A DNA stretch of 63,165 bases, filler included, from 15 parts of 15 records of this genome joined end to end with filler, not necessarily neighbours in it; one strand, 5' to 3'; positions 35,250 to 48,134 are shown, numbered from the whole stretch's first letter. The notes: generated from the sequence alone by a model not told the origin. Numbers and translations: made by a program.

Positions 35250-38200
35250 CTAATTGGCCCCGTGGCTTCCGATTCGAGTGTTTACATGATTGATGAACTT
35301 GATTGCCTGAGCCCGCATGGCACAATTCCAGGGCCGAGCTTGCATGTCCAACAGCAGATGTCGGGATCCAGCTTCCATCACAACATCAATCTCATCAACA
35401 AACTCGCCAAGTCGAATCAGTACACCACAGCCCTCCTCCTGAATATTTGCGCTGCTTGGATACGCCCACATTGCGCGTAGCACTGCAGTAAAGCCTCCTA
35501 ATTTCGCGACTGAAAGCGCATTGTTCTTGCGCTTTGCTGCGATTTGTCGCAGTGCAGCACAGCCTCTCTGTTGAGCCCTCCCATCGAGCATCAGTGTCTT
35601 CATTCCATGAACGATCCTCAGAATCTCGTTGTACGGCACCAGCAGATCAACTGTAGTGCTCATTGGCACGAACCGACTTGCATCACCCTCACCTTCACTG
35701 CAGGTAGCAGAGATGGAGAATTGATAGGTGGTCTCAGTGGTCAGGCCCTCCACCAAGTGTTGCCGGGCCTCAGGGCCCAAGGTGGTGACCTCCTGCAGAT
35801 TGCCGATTTCATCTTTCCGCCGCAAAATCATGTTGGTGACCTCCAGACCTCTCAGCTTGGGTGCTGACCAAGCGATAATGAGGCTCTCCTCAGTTGCCTT
35901 GATGAGGTAGGGCGGCCCTTGAATGCACTGCGGAGGAAGCTCAGCTGGTAGACTGACATCGAGCCGTTCAGTTCCACCGCCCGTCCCTTTGACGCTGGAA
36001 GCAGCCACATACATTTGATGGATCCTTATCGGAGGCACGTCCACGAAACTGTAGCTCACATGATCCGGAGGAAGCTGAACTTGAACCTCGTCAGCATATC
36101 CGGCATCAAATTCGTGCTCGACTCTATATGTCAGCGTCACACTCGTCAGAGGCATGCCACCGTCGTCCTTGGGCAGCTTCCATTGCACAACAAAGTCGGT
36201 CTTCCCTTGCGAAACGAGCACCAGCTCTGTGCATGGGCCCGGAACATTTGCTGCCAGTGTCTTCGCAACACACACTTCGGAGTACGGGGATGTGCCGACT
36301 TTGTTGTAGCAGTCTACACGGAATCTGAAAGCAGAGTCTTCGGGCAGATCGGTGATCTTGTGCCTGGTATTTGCCCAGTCCCATGTCTCCAGCTTTGACC
36401 ATCCTTGAGGCGACTCCAACTCCAGAGTGTACCCGAGGATGGGCGATCCGCACTCGTCATCCTGCAAAACACAGTCTGTTAGCCTGGCTCGCAGCACAAG
36501 AGGCACCTGGACGAGGCTCCACTGCACGCCTACTGTATGTATCCCAGCCTCCTGCTCCATACTTACTAGCGTGCTGGGAGCAATAGTTGGCGCGATCGGA
36601 GGATCTGTTTGGAAGACTGCCGTCTCGCTCCATTCTCCAGGACCTACCATGTTGATAGCTTGAACTCGGAACGAATAATCAGTCGCGGGCTTAAGTTTTC
36701 GGAGTTCAGGACCCGCCATCGCACCCTCGCCAAGTGTGTGGGTGACAAACCGCTCTGGCCATTGCACTGGCTCCCATTGTGACCCGTCTTCACTAAGCAT
36801 CTCAATGTTCCACAACTTAATCGGTCGCCCATTGCACGCCACCGTGTGCCAACCCAGAGCACCGAGTGCAAACCGTTCGGTGGATGCACACTCCACTGGT
36901 CCTGGCTTGTCAGGACAGCGCGCATCCAATGTGGCAAACTCGCTATCACTACTGGTGCAAATCCCCACAGAGTTAGTTGCTTCAACCTTGAAGCAATATT
37001 TCGTCTGTGCCTCGAGTCCTTCGACTGTGTGGCTGAACAGATGCTTGTTGTCTACTATCGTCTCCCAGCCGCCAGCGCTGATTGCGGGGCGGTAATGCAA
37101 GAAATACCCTGTTACAGGAGCACCGTTGTGGCACTCTGGAGCCTCCCAGATTATCTTCAGACTGTACAGCTCTCGGTGGTCCAGCTTTGGCGGCGGCAGC
37201 CCACTCGGTGCTTCCGGGTCACGGGTACAGAAGACGGAAGCTTCCGACCAGTCGCCGTACAGCTCGTGCCTTTGGCCACCAGCCAAAACGCTCCCGATGC
37301 ACTCGGCACGCACCGCAAACCTGTACTCGGTGCCTGCCTCGAGCCCCTCACACAGCCACCGCAGCGCCTTGGTCCCCGCCACGAGCGTCTCCCAGCCATC
37401 CTCCGGCCCATCCTCTGGCCGCATCCGGAGAGAATACCCCGAGACTTCGAGCCCGTTCGGCTTCCCGTGCTGCCACGTGACCGTAAGGCTATCCCGCTGG
37501 CTCTCAATTAGTGAGACAGCGGCCATCACATCGGGCGGGTCCGGCGCAGAGGTGGCAGCGTCCAAGAAGCAGGCGTCGCCGAGCCCTTTAGCGTTGGCCG
37601 CTCGGACCTCAAACTTGTAAGGCGTGTCTGCGGTGACAGGGAAGATCTCGCTCGGCCGCAGCTCAAACTGCACCCCTGTGTGCCCTTTGGCCACCGTCGT
37701 CCAAGGCGTGTCCATCTCCCGCCGGCACCGCACCTGATAACTCTCCACCTTGGCGCCATTCTCCACGCTGGGTGGCTTCCACTCGACATAGAGCACGTGG
37801 AACTCATCAGCAACACACAGCAGGTCTAACACGGGACCCGGCGTCGACGCCATTTTAGTTTGGAATTCAAACACGTCCGACACTGCGCTCGGGCCTGCCC
37901 TCGCTGTCAGAGCCAGCCTGCCTGCGGAGCACCGGCAGAGGAGAGGGCTTGCATAGTAAAGCAGTACTTGAGTCCAGGCTGCAGCTGTTCAACTTTGTAT
38001 CTATCGAGCTCTTTTGGGATCTTGATCTTGTTGTCTAGCGTGATATTGTGAAGCACATAGCCCTCAAGCGGGCAGCCGCGCTCCTCGGGCGGGTCCCACA
38101 ACACATCCAGCCAAGTATAATCGTGCCCACCTTGTGTCAGCTCCAGCGCGCATCGCACTTCCACCTGCGGCTGTGGGGCTGCAGCCGCTGCAGTCCCGCC

Positions 38201-38330
38201 CGTCTCAGCACTGGCTGCAGTCCCGCCCGTCTCAGCACTGCTGGTGACAGCCGGCGGCTCCCATCTCGGCGGCTCCGGCACCCCGGCACTCATGACCTGG
38301 CCCGCCGTCACCACTAAGATTCCGGCCGCA
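35250..38330 (-). CDS. Protein with multiple FN3 domains and C-terminal armadillo-like repeats; 5'-partial; intron 37895-37932 and probably one in-frame intron
   Basis: About 8 FN3 units (W..P...G..I.GY; L...T.Y.F.V.A.N..G); C-terminal QQRGCAALRQI...VLRAM...IQEEGC ARM pattern. Confidence 0.85.
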
Positions 38331-38430
38331 NNNNNNNNNNNNNNNNNNNNNNNNNNNNNNNNNNNNNNNNNNNNTTAATTAATTAANNNNNNNNNNNNNN
38401 NNNNNNNNNNNNNNNNNNNNNNNNNNNNNN

Positions 38431-40402
38431 CGCTTCCTGAAGCCGCAGCGCGGCACGGCGATCCCGACGCAGCGGCCGAGCGCAAGCCCCGCGGACAGCG
38501 AGCGGATCCAGTCGCTGCTGCGCGAGGCGATGGCGGAGGAGGCGCAGGAGAAGGACCAGCTGCTGACCGCGCTGGCGCAGGAGAAGGTCCGGTGCCAGCA
38601 GCTGGAAGACCAGACGGCCGAGGCCGACCGGCGGCACGCGCGGGTGGTCGGGCAGCGGGACGCGCTGGTCAAGCAGCTGGCCGCTGCCCAGTACGACAGG
38701 AGCAGTGCCGAGAAGGCGGAGGGCGAGCTGGCGCGGCTGCGGGGGGGCAGCACCGGGATGGAGCGGGAGCTGGAGCAGGCCAGGGCCGGCGAGCAGCGGG
38801 AGGCTGAGCGGGCGGGGAGGCTGGAGCGGCAGCTGCGGCAGCTGCAGGAGGAGACGGAGCACATGGAGCAGGACCTCGCGGACGCGATGGCCATGTTCGA
38901 TGGGGAGAAGGCCAGCGCGGCCAAGCTGGACAAAGACACGGCCCAGCTGAGCGCCGACCTGGCCGATGCGGTGCAAGTGTTGGACAAGGAGCAGGCGGCC
39001 GGGCGGCGGCTCAAGAGCGAGCGTGAGCGGGCGCATGAGGCAGTGGCAGGGCTCCAGGCTGAGAACGAGCTACTCCGAGGGGTGCAGAGGTCGGCCGGGG
39101 AGGAGAACGAGCGGCTGCAGGCCCGGTGCAACGCCATGGGCCAGGAGCTGCGCGAGCTGCGGCAGGGGCTGGTCCGAGCAGAGAGCAGGAATGGACAGCT
39201 TGAAGCGGATGTGGAGGAGCTGCTGGAAGCTGCCGACAGGGCAAGCCAGGACAACAGGAGACTGGGGCGCGAACTGCACGAGGTGAGTGGGCAGCGGCGC
39301 GCAATGACGGAGGCGGCGGCCAAGCGGTCGCGCGAGCACAAAAAAGTTGTGGCGGAGCTGGAGGAGGCCCGGCGGTCTGATGTGGCGGCGGCTGAGCAGC
39401 TCGAGCGGGCCAAGGCGGTGCCGTTGCAGCAAATGTTTGAGACGGTGGTGCTCAAGCAGAGCGCGGTGCAGAACCAGTTTGAGCAGCTGAGCGAGACGCA
39501 CGCAGTGGCCGAGGCAGAGAGGACACGGCTGGAGAAGGTGAACGGCCAACTGCAGGAGCAGGCAGACTCGCTGCTGCGGCACCAAGTGGAGCTGCTAGCC
39601 GAGCTCGAGGCGGCCAGGCAGGCGCAGGCCGATGAGGCCGGGCGGACCCGGGCCGCACGGGCAGAAACTGTCGAGCTGCAAGAGGAGGTTGATAGGCTTG
39701 AGAGCCAGATGCTCAAGCAGGCCGATGATATGACTGAAGACAGAGTGAAGCTGCAGGCGGAGGCCAGCGCCCAAGAGTCCCATGCCGATTCACAGCAGGC
39801 AGAGCTGGATAGAGCGACCGCCGAGATCCGGACCCTCAGGGAGCAGGTGGCAACAGCTGCGCCTGAACAATTCGAAATGCTCGCGCAAGCGGCGGAGAAG
39901 GCCGCAGCTGCACCGTTAGGTCTCTCTGTGTTCTGGGAAGTCGAGCGAGGGAGGGATGGGTGAGCTGACCAGCTTGAGCGCGGCCGCTAGCCAGTGCAGG
40001 TGGACAGCGCTGCCCCCTGAGATGAGTCTGTGCCTCGAAGTGGGGATCAAGCAAGGCCTGGCCAAGCTGGAGCTCGTGCAAGCGGGCGCGCTGTTTTTGT
40101 TCTGGCTGGCAGGCCGCAAGCAGGTGGGCCGCGTCCGGTGCGCTGGCCATACTTGTTGCTAGGTAAGGGTATCTGATGGCGAAACGCATAACCTTCGGAG
40201 GCGACAGCCGCAGATCACTCACGTATCATTGCAGGCACGGTCTGCTGGCTGTGCGCAGCTCATTTTGTGGCAGCACACTGAGCCTGTCGAGCCGCCTGAT
40301 CGACCAAGCCAACCAGGCAGCGAGGCGAAGATTGTGCAGTTTTTAAAAGAAGCGCACCCAGACAATCAACGCAGTGGACTGAACATGCGCCGCATCGAGT
40401 AG
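38431..40402 (+). CDS. Long coiled-coil protein with C-terminal WWE-like domain; 5'-partial
   Basis: Heptad-rich ORF 38530..39963. Removing intron 39960-39999 and a second intron gives VFWEVERGRDGWTALPPEMSLCLE...FLFWLAGRKQ|VRVSDGETHNLRR, which fits the WWE pattern. Confidence 0.65.
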
Positions 40403-40434
40403 ATGGCGATGTTGAGTCCACTGCGTTGATTGTC
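40361..40434. repeat. Perfect 20-bp inverted repeat (hairpin)
   Basis: GACAATCAACGCAGTGGACT (40361-40380) and AGTCCACTGCGTTGATTGTC (40415-40434), with further imperfect pairing inside. Confidence 0.95.
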
Positions 40435-40679
40435 AAGGTGGACGATTCATGATTGATACAGTAGGATAATCACTTTACGATTGCATATACATCATTACGA
40501 GATTATATTCATTATACATCAAGTTACATCAAGTGATTGTACTGGTAGATCATCAGTACTGACAATTCATCAATCTAAGAATTAGATCCAGTGCATGATC
40601 GTGCGTTATCATTTACCAATATACGTACTCGTATAACCCAAGCGGCCCACGGGGTGCTCGCAAGCTGAGAGAGACACGG

Positions 40680-42256
40680 TCACACCATTAGCTTAAGCCC
40701 CTCGCACTTCCGTGTGATCTGATTCAGCCTGGCAGTCGGCGCTGGCCCCACCACCACCACCGTCTTGCCGGTCCGGCCTGCCTCCACTGCCGAGAGCTCC
40801 GCGTCGCTCACGCTGTGGCTGAACAGCCCAAGCTCCTTCGCCTTATCCTCTGCATCTAGCATAGCTTGCTCGGAGCCTGCCGACAGTGAGACCTGCCCAG
40901 CCCCGTCAGCCGAGCCCGCACCGGCCCAATACCTTGGCGTGACCCCAGAGCTCCCACTGTGTGAGAGCATGCCTTGCTGCGGGCTCGTCACTCAACCGCT
41001 TGTACAACCCGAGCAGTCCCTGGCTGCACTGGGCCGCCAGCCGGGCCGGCGTGAGCCCGATGTCCCCCCGCGCAATCAGCAGCACCTGGTGCCGCTCCTC
41101 GCGTGTCGCGACCGGCGGCTCAGGCGGCTCCTCGTCCCAAAGCTGCTCGGGCTGCAGCAGCCCCTCGGAAAACCGGTTGGCACTCCAGGGCCGCTCGGCG
41201 CTAAAGTCCTCCGAGCCGGCCTCCAGCCAGTCTATTATTCGGCCGAGGCAGCCGTACCTTCCTGCTGGCGGCAGTAGGCTGTGATAGCCCCGCCAAAGCC
41301 ACACTGGGGCCGCGATCCCGAAAACGACCTCAATCGTGTAATGCTGGTGCGCCATCAGTACAAACGCCCAGCCGAGCCCGGCCGCCGCCCAGACCAGCAG
41401 CTTTGCAGTGGTGCACCTGCCCCACGCTCGCCCGCGCTGCACCCGGGGAGGACCTCAGAGGGTCGCCTGCGCCGGTCGACTGGTTGGGATTGTCGTCGCG
41501 GTACCAGATCACGCCAAGCTGATCGATCGAGCTGAGCGGGACCAGGTGCGAGTAACGGTGCCAGACCAGCGCCAGCAGCGTGATCGAGCCCACTCTGTTG
41601 GCATAGTACAGCTCGGCGCATTCGGCCCTCGAGTCTACCATAATTTGAAACGCCTCGCTCGATTTGGCGTAGCTAGTGGCCGGTTCGCTCAGCTCGCACT
41701 GTAGCGACGGGTTGGGCAGCGCGGTGGCCGCACTCCAGAGCCCCTGCAGCGCGAAGGCGGCCCCGGCTATACTCATCAGCCGGCGGAGGATGGTGGCCCG
41801 CATCCCAGTGATCGCGAACCTCACCAACGTCCCAGCGGCCAGCAGTACAATCCAGACGTCCGGCAGGCCCGGGGCCGACCGGGTGATATCCGGCAGGCTG
41901 GAAAATCCCACGTCGGGCAGAATAAGCTCGAGGAGGGGCCGCTGGCCGGTGGCGGTGCCGTTCCCCGGCAGATCGAGGAAGACGTTGGCGGCCAGCGAGG
42001 CGTGCAGGTTGAGCACGATGTTGACGTAGACGCAGAGCACCAGCCAGACGAAGGCGGCCGCCAGCGTGATGAACCTCCGATCCTGCCAGAGCGTACCCAT
42101 AGGCCGCAGGAGCTGCCCGGCCCATTGCTCCTCCTCCGCCGGCTCCTCAGGGGGTGGCGGCCCGCCCAGCCGGGAGTACGTGTCCACCTTGACCTCGGGC
42201 GGATCGTCCGCCAGCTCGGGCCGGCCGGCTGGCGGCTGGAGCAGCGATTCCATCAT
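40680..42256 (-). CDS. Sphingomyelin/IPC synthase-like membrane domain fused to a PTH2-like domain; 2 introns
   Basis: LPDVGF, RRL...F.L.......T.LP.P, C.E and HYTIEV with TM helices, then VLLIARGDIG...LAAQCS, W...GHAK|V.L, V.DA, TVVVVGP and LKL. Introns of 37 and 40 nt join three ORF frames. Confidence 0.75.
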
Positions 42257-42321
42257 TGCTCCCGCCTGCCGCGTTCGGGAATAACGGCACTCCGCGGCCG
42301 CGGCCGGACGACGACGAGCCG

Positions 42322-43047
42322 ATGGAGGTGCCCACCGTGCGGGGCGACGAGCGAGGCTTCGAGGTTGCCGCCGAGGCGCTGTATCGCCGTCACCAAGCGG
42401 TGCTGATTCTGCCGCCGGTCCCTGGGCACCCTGCAGCCAGCGATGCTGTGCTGGCGGCGGTGCGGCGCGCCGACCTCTTGCCTTCGCGTCTCGCCACGCT
42501 GGAGCAATCCAGCGGGACAGCCCACTACGAGTCGTATGTGCTGCACCAATCCTCAGAGCCAGCCAGCTACGACAAGCTCATCTCGCTTTTGCCGCCGGCG
42601 CTCGTCCGTTGGGACTGCGACCCTGTATGCTGGGTGTTCTCTGGCTCCAATCCCGACCCGGCGCCGATGACTGGACGGCCCGAGCACCTAGACGCTGTCG
42701 AGGCCTGCGGCACCATGCACTGGCAGGCCTCCGGGAGCAAGTGCTGGCGGCTCCGGCCGGCAGTCGACGCTGAATGGCCTGCTGGGTCGGTGCCGGTGGC
42801 GCCCTGGGGCTCAGTGGTGTGCTGCCCGGCTGGGTCGGTTATAATGCTGAACACGGCGCTCTATCTGCACCAGACTGAAATCCCGTGCACTGCAGCCGCT
42901 CCAGACCAGCGCTCGCTCTCTGTAGCGCGCGAGTTCTATCTAGATGGCCGGACAGCTGACACTGCGACCAGGTCGAGCTCGGAATTAGTCAAGGTGCAGC
43001 TGTGCGGATGGTGCGGCACGCCAACGGGGCTTTCTGCCACGCTCGCG
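42322..43047 (+). CDS. JmjC/cupin-like protein, 3'-partial
   Basis: WVFSG, GRPEHLD (HxD), HWQASGSKCWRL, GSVIMLNT..YLHQT. Confidence 0.6.
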
Positions 43048-43147
43048 NNNNNNNNNNNNNNNNNNNNNNNNNNNNNNNNNNNNNNNNNNNNTTAATTAAT
43101 TAANNNNNNNNNNNNNNNNNNNNNNNNNNNNNNNNNNNNNNNNNNNN

Positions 43148-46100
43148 ACATTGCAGCTCCATGTAGTCACGCCTGGCTGCTGTGCAAACTCTCGGACTCC
43201 CTGCTGCAACTTCTGCGACGCTCTGCTTAAGGCCTTCATTGGTGCTGTCGAATCGTGACCTTTCACTGTTTGCATACGTGAGGTGGCGCGGGTAATACCC
43301 AGCTGAGCCAGCCACAAATGTTGCTGCTTGGCAAAAGCAGGTGTTTGAAGAGTCTGGATCGGAACTGGGGCCACAGAAGATAGTTGCGGGCAGTATGCAA
43401 TTGAATCCGACACTCTCTCGAGGCGATCGGCCATCAATTGCGCCGCTGCAGCCTGAAACCCTCTTAAACAGCCTAAATCCTTCTCGAGACTGCTGGACGG
43501 ACGAGCTTCGAAAGACATTCTAGGGTCGCATGCAGCCTCTGGAGCAATGCATGACTGGAGCGTGCCTTGTAAATTTGGCTTCGAGGGACACGTCCATGTC
43601 GACGCATTAGTGCACTTGCCTAGAGCTTGCCGCGCCTTCTGCTCAGTCATGTTCGCTTTCCTCAGCCTATAGTGTGTGTGGACCACTTGAGCCTCCAGCC
43701 CAGAGACCCACTCCTGCAGCTGGTCTACTGTTTGTTCAGCAGCTTTAAGTTTGACTGCCATGGCTCTGGGTGTCATCTGGCCACTTTGAATGTGGAGGCG
43801 ATTCTTTCTCATGATCCAGGCGTTGATGTCGCGCTGCTCCATGCGCAGGTCCAGCGTGCGAACAGCAACTTCAAAGTTGTACAAAGGCTCCTCCACGGCT
43901 GCGCCCTGGTAGATGTCGGGTTGATAAACGACCTCATCATCGCCAAGAGCCTCAGATGCTTGCTTGGCAAAGCTGGCATACCGTTGAAGTAAGTCAGCAA
44001 ACCGTGCTGATGAGTCTTCAAACAGCTGCTGCGAGCATTGGGCAGATAGACTCACTGAAGGGATTGCCGCGAAGTGAAGTACCATTGGGCTTGAGCCTTT
44101 CATATCAGATGTTGCCAGTAGCGATTTCATGGCTACTTGCTGGGTTTGGTCCTCCCGGCACGTCCAAGAGGAAGCATTCAGCTCAAAAACCCTCTCTGGT
44201 CCAGGATAGGTTTCAGCCTTTCCGATCGACGAAGTGTTTTTAAGCCAGGCGCCAGCTTCTTTGATGGACAAAATAGCTCCATCGACGTGCTTGCCAGCCC
44301 GGCCCTGCAAGTCTGCCATTGCGCTGGACACAAGCGATTGCCGCTCTGCCGCATCTGTTTGGTTCTTCTCAAATAATTCGATTGCCGCCTTTGCGCGATT
44401 CATCGACAGAATGACCTCGTTAACTACTTCAGTGGGCGGCGCAGCAGCGAGAGCTTCGGACTGTTTTGCAGCAATCGCTAACACTTGCTGTGCATACAAG
44501 CGTGCAGCCTCAGCCTCCAGCTCCAGTGCACACTTGGGTGTCAGGCCTGGCAGCTTGGCTCGCACCCTGGCAGCGCTGGGAGCATACATAGCTGTAACAC
44601 CCTTGCCATCACCGATCAACACCCCGCGATTCAGGCCACGTTTGCCATGAATTGGAGGTGTCGATTCGAACCCGAGGATATGTCCGGATTGAAGCATGAC
44701 TGACATCTGTGCTTGTATCGCTGGCTTAGAGGTGCAAGTCCAACCAGCCTTGTCAGCGCGCCATGTCAATTTCTCGGACCATGGTGCCCACCCATCAGTG
44801 CGCTTCCCTCGTAGCCTAACTTCATACAGCTCGCCTGGCATCAATCCTGAGATTTCCTCATCAACAACCGTGACGCTGATGTTTTTGTCCTGAAAGGTAC
44901 GTGTGCTCAGGGAACTTCCATCAATCCGCTGCCACTCAATCTGATGCTGGGTGTAGTCCTTCTGGCTGACGTTCCAAGCCAGCCTGATTGACCCTGGCTT
45001 GACAGGCGGTAGCTGGTTAGGTAGTGGAATAGTGTTGGTATCATCTGGTTTGCTTGGATGAAACCCTTTTAGCTTGTCGATCTCCCGGTTGAGGGCCTGC
45101 TTGACTACACTCTGGCTGCCCAAGAGGGAGTCCTTATCTCTGCGCAATGCCTCAAGCTGCTCATCTTGGTCGGCCTGATTCTGCTTAGCTTGCTTGACCC
45201 TCAAGCTCGCGACCATTTCGGCCCTGCGTGCGTCTTGGAGGTGCTCGTCGGCAACATCAAACGCAGCCTGCAGGTCGTCGACCTTGAGACCAGTCGCAGT
45301 GTACTTAATGAGCTTGCTGTGGTACTTGGCCTGCCGCTCCTTCTGCAACAAATCCGATTCTATGCGCCCCTCTTCTACTCGCCGATTCACTAGATTATTG
45401 ATCTGCTGTGTCACTACCTGCTGCTTTAGACGCAGCTGCTCGACCTCTTCTCGTTCGTAATCAACTTCCAAGTTTATTCGTGCCAGCTCAGGGCCAAGAG
45501 CATCCATGCCGGGAGTTGAAGGTGTGTTGGATCCAATCAAGTATCCAGCTTTGATCTGAATCTCGGCAGCCTTTGATTTCACTTGTTGGGCCTGCACAGT
45601 ATGTTTTCTACTTTGAAGGAAAGATATCTTTCGAGAGGTATTCTTGATGCGCTGAACCAAGTCAGCCAATTGCTCGCTCAGCACTGCCTCTTGGCCCTCC
45701 GCCTCGCCTTGCTTGCGGACAGCTGTGGCCACCTCTTGCTGCTCAGGCTCGTCACTGACCAGCTGTGCCGTCCTCTGGAGTGCAGATGCTGTGATTGCAC
45801 TTTGGTTTTGCGCTGCAGTAAATTTGTCCTCGAGACCACGGTAGTGCTCTTGTAGTTGCTGCCTCTTTTGGGTAGCATCTTCAAACTTTGTGCGGCGCTC
45901 AGCTAGCATCATAGCCTTCCAGTCCAATTGCTCGGTCACAGCTTTGCTTGAGTTGCGAACAACCTGATGCTGTGTTTCTAATACCCTTTTTACCTTTGCT
46001 GCCTTGGCTTCCCACGCAGCTTGGACTGTCTCAGCGTCTGCAAGGACAGCCTTGGCCTTATGTACCACACTCTCCTGCAGCTGTAATTCCTCTTTGAGCT

Positions 46101-48020
46101 GGTCCAGCCGGTCAAGATTTGCGGAGGCAGTGTTGTGAATAGCTACGTGTAAGTTATCCAAGGCCTTGAAGAGATTGGAACCTTTTGATAGTTGGAGGTT
46201 GCCCACTTTCTCCCCAAACTCGAGCCGAACAGCAAGCTGATCAAGTGAAGCTGCAAACTTGTCTGCTGCCGCTAATCCAAGGTCCAAGCGACAGCTGGCG
46301 TCCAGGAGTGCCCTATCCTCGGCTCTAAGCCAGACCACACCGTTCCTCTGACGAAGCACACTAATATCTGCCACTTGGCTACTATCAGTAGCACAAGTCC
46401 AGACGCTAGCAGCTGAGATGGTGCCTGAGGCAGGCGGGTAAAGTTTCTTGCGGACGGTTGCAGACGCCTGTGCGGCAGTATTGACGGCTTCCTGCAGAGT
46501 CTTATCAGTAGAGCTCCGGATTGCCCATGTCTCAGTCATCCTAGAGGTCTTCGCAATGATGGAGACTGCTTTCCTTGTCGCGTTGGTGGTACCTCCACTC
46601 TGACGCAACGCCCGAGTCACACCGCGTAGGCCTGCTTGCATCTTAATATTTGCAAGCACAGTAATACGACAGGCCGACATGTGGGTCCTCAGTCCTCGCA
46701 AAGCCTTGGCAAAGCTTCGTGCTGATACCGCCTGGAATTCGTTTTCACATGTCTGTGTTGCAGGAGCATTCAGTTGCGACTCCATCACAATTCCACCACT
46801 GCAGTCATTTTCGATCCTGAATTTGATGACACCTTTATGTGCCTTGTCTTTACTGCATGCCCAGTGATTGACCTCAGACCATGGTGCTGGCGTGCCATGT
46901 GCCTTCACCACTTGCCACTTATGACTCCGCAGCTGCTGTTGTCTCTGGTGGAGTGCCTCAAGGGATTGGATCATTTGGGAGGTTGCTGTCTGCATCATCT
47001 GGGCTTCTTTGAGCTCAACCATGCGATCAGACCGACTGGCGTTCAGGCCCTGCGTCAACTGGCGCACAGTGTCAGCTGCCGCATCGCAGATTGCGACTTG
47101 GACAGGAGCTCCTACCTTGTGGGCCACTTCTGTCGCAAGATCAGACAGGCGGGTCTTTGGCAGACCAACTGATTGGCAGGCCCTTCCTGAGATGGTATCA
47201 AGGCTGTTACTGAACCGCTTGGCAGCAGCCTTCATGAAATCTACTTTGCAGCCATTGCTCATTGGAGTACTAGCAAGGCTCTTGTTTCCCGAAAGCTGTG
47301 CCAATGTGTTCATCCGGGTGCTTCCATCGCAGCCTTGAGACATTGTTACAATGGGGAACCCACAGGTTTTGTTTTCTGTCCACTGCTCGTAGGATTGCTT
47401 TGGTGTTGCTCGCATCACCAGCGATGCTGCCTTCCCAGCGCTAGCAACAGCATCCTTTTGCCAGGTCGATTCCTGTAGATCGTCTGCTACAGCGTTGGCC
47501 TCGTCTCTTGCTGATGATGCTATTGCATGAAGAGTTTCTGCATAGTTTAGATCTGTGGTAATCTCGCTGACAAGGGCCCTAACCTTGGTTGTTGAGGATA
47601 AAGAAAAGAGGCGAGGACAGTCCACCTGCTGGTATTCGTTGAGTGCTCTTTTTAGTTTTGATGCGGCCTCTTTGCCCAACTCGCGCTGGCACTGCGACGG
47701 AGATGCAGCCTGAGTCGGACCAAACACGGCTGATGCATGGCCAGTTGCAGGATCGACAGAGAATGAGCCCACCCACCATGCCACACTGCTGAGTCCTATC
47801 TTGGCTATCCCTCTAGCCTCGACGTGCACTGAGCTACAAAACGCACCACTTAGCCGGATCTCAGCCGCAAAAGCACTATTGGTGCTACAATTCCATACCA
47901 ATGGTGGCATCTGGACACCAACTGAACTGATCTGAAGGGCAGGCACATCCACGTGACGGAGCAGCTGCTCGTCGATCTCATTGAGGCCGGGTTGTGCGGC
48001 TGTGCTGTTCGTCTCTGGTG
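43148..48020 (-). CDS. Very large intronless protein (>1600 aa, partial at both ends): repeated W-x-C domain, coiled coils, one FN3 domain
   Basis: Frame open across the whole contig. FN3-like IRLAW...GLMPGELYEVRLRG...WS; about 8 W-x-C...C modules. Confidence 0.8.
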
Positions 48021-48134
48021 NNNNNNNNNNNNNNNNNNNNNNNNNNNNNNNNNNNNNNNNNNNNTTAATTAATTAANNNNNNNNNNNNNNNNNNNNNNNN
48101 NNNNNNNNNNNNNNNNNNNNCCAAATTAAGCCAT

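Noticed and set aside
38188-38240. 27-bp tandem duplication (SAETGGTAA x2); similar SDKPTAA x2 near 8440-8495
   Set aside because: Ordinary in-frame duplications in low-complexity linkers.
38379-39716. Long antisense ORFs (also 8968..9783, 31011..31493, 57130..57972 and others)
   Set aside because: Shadows of GC-rich codon usage on the opposite strand of recognisable genes.
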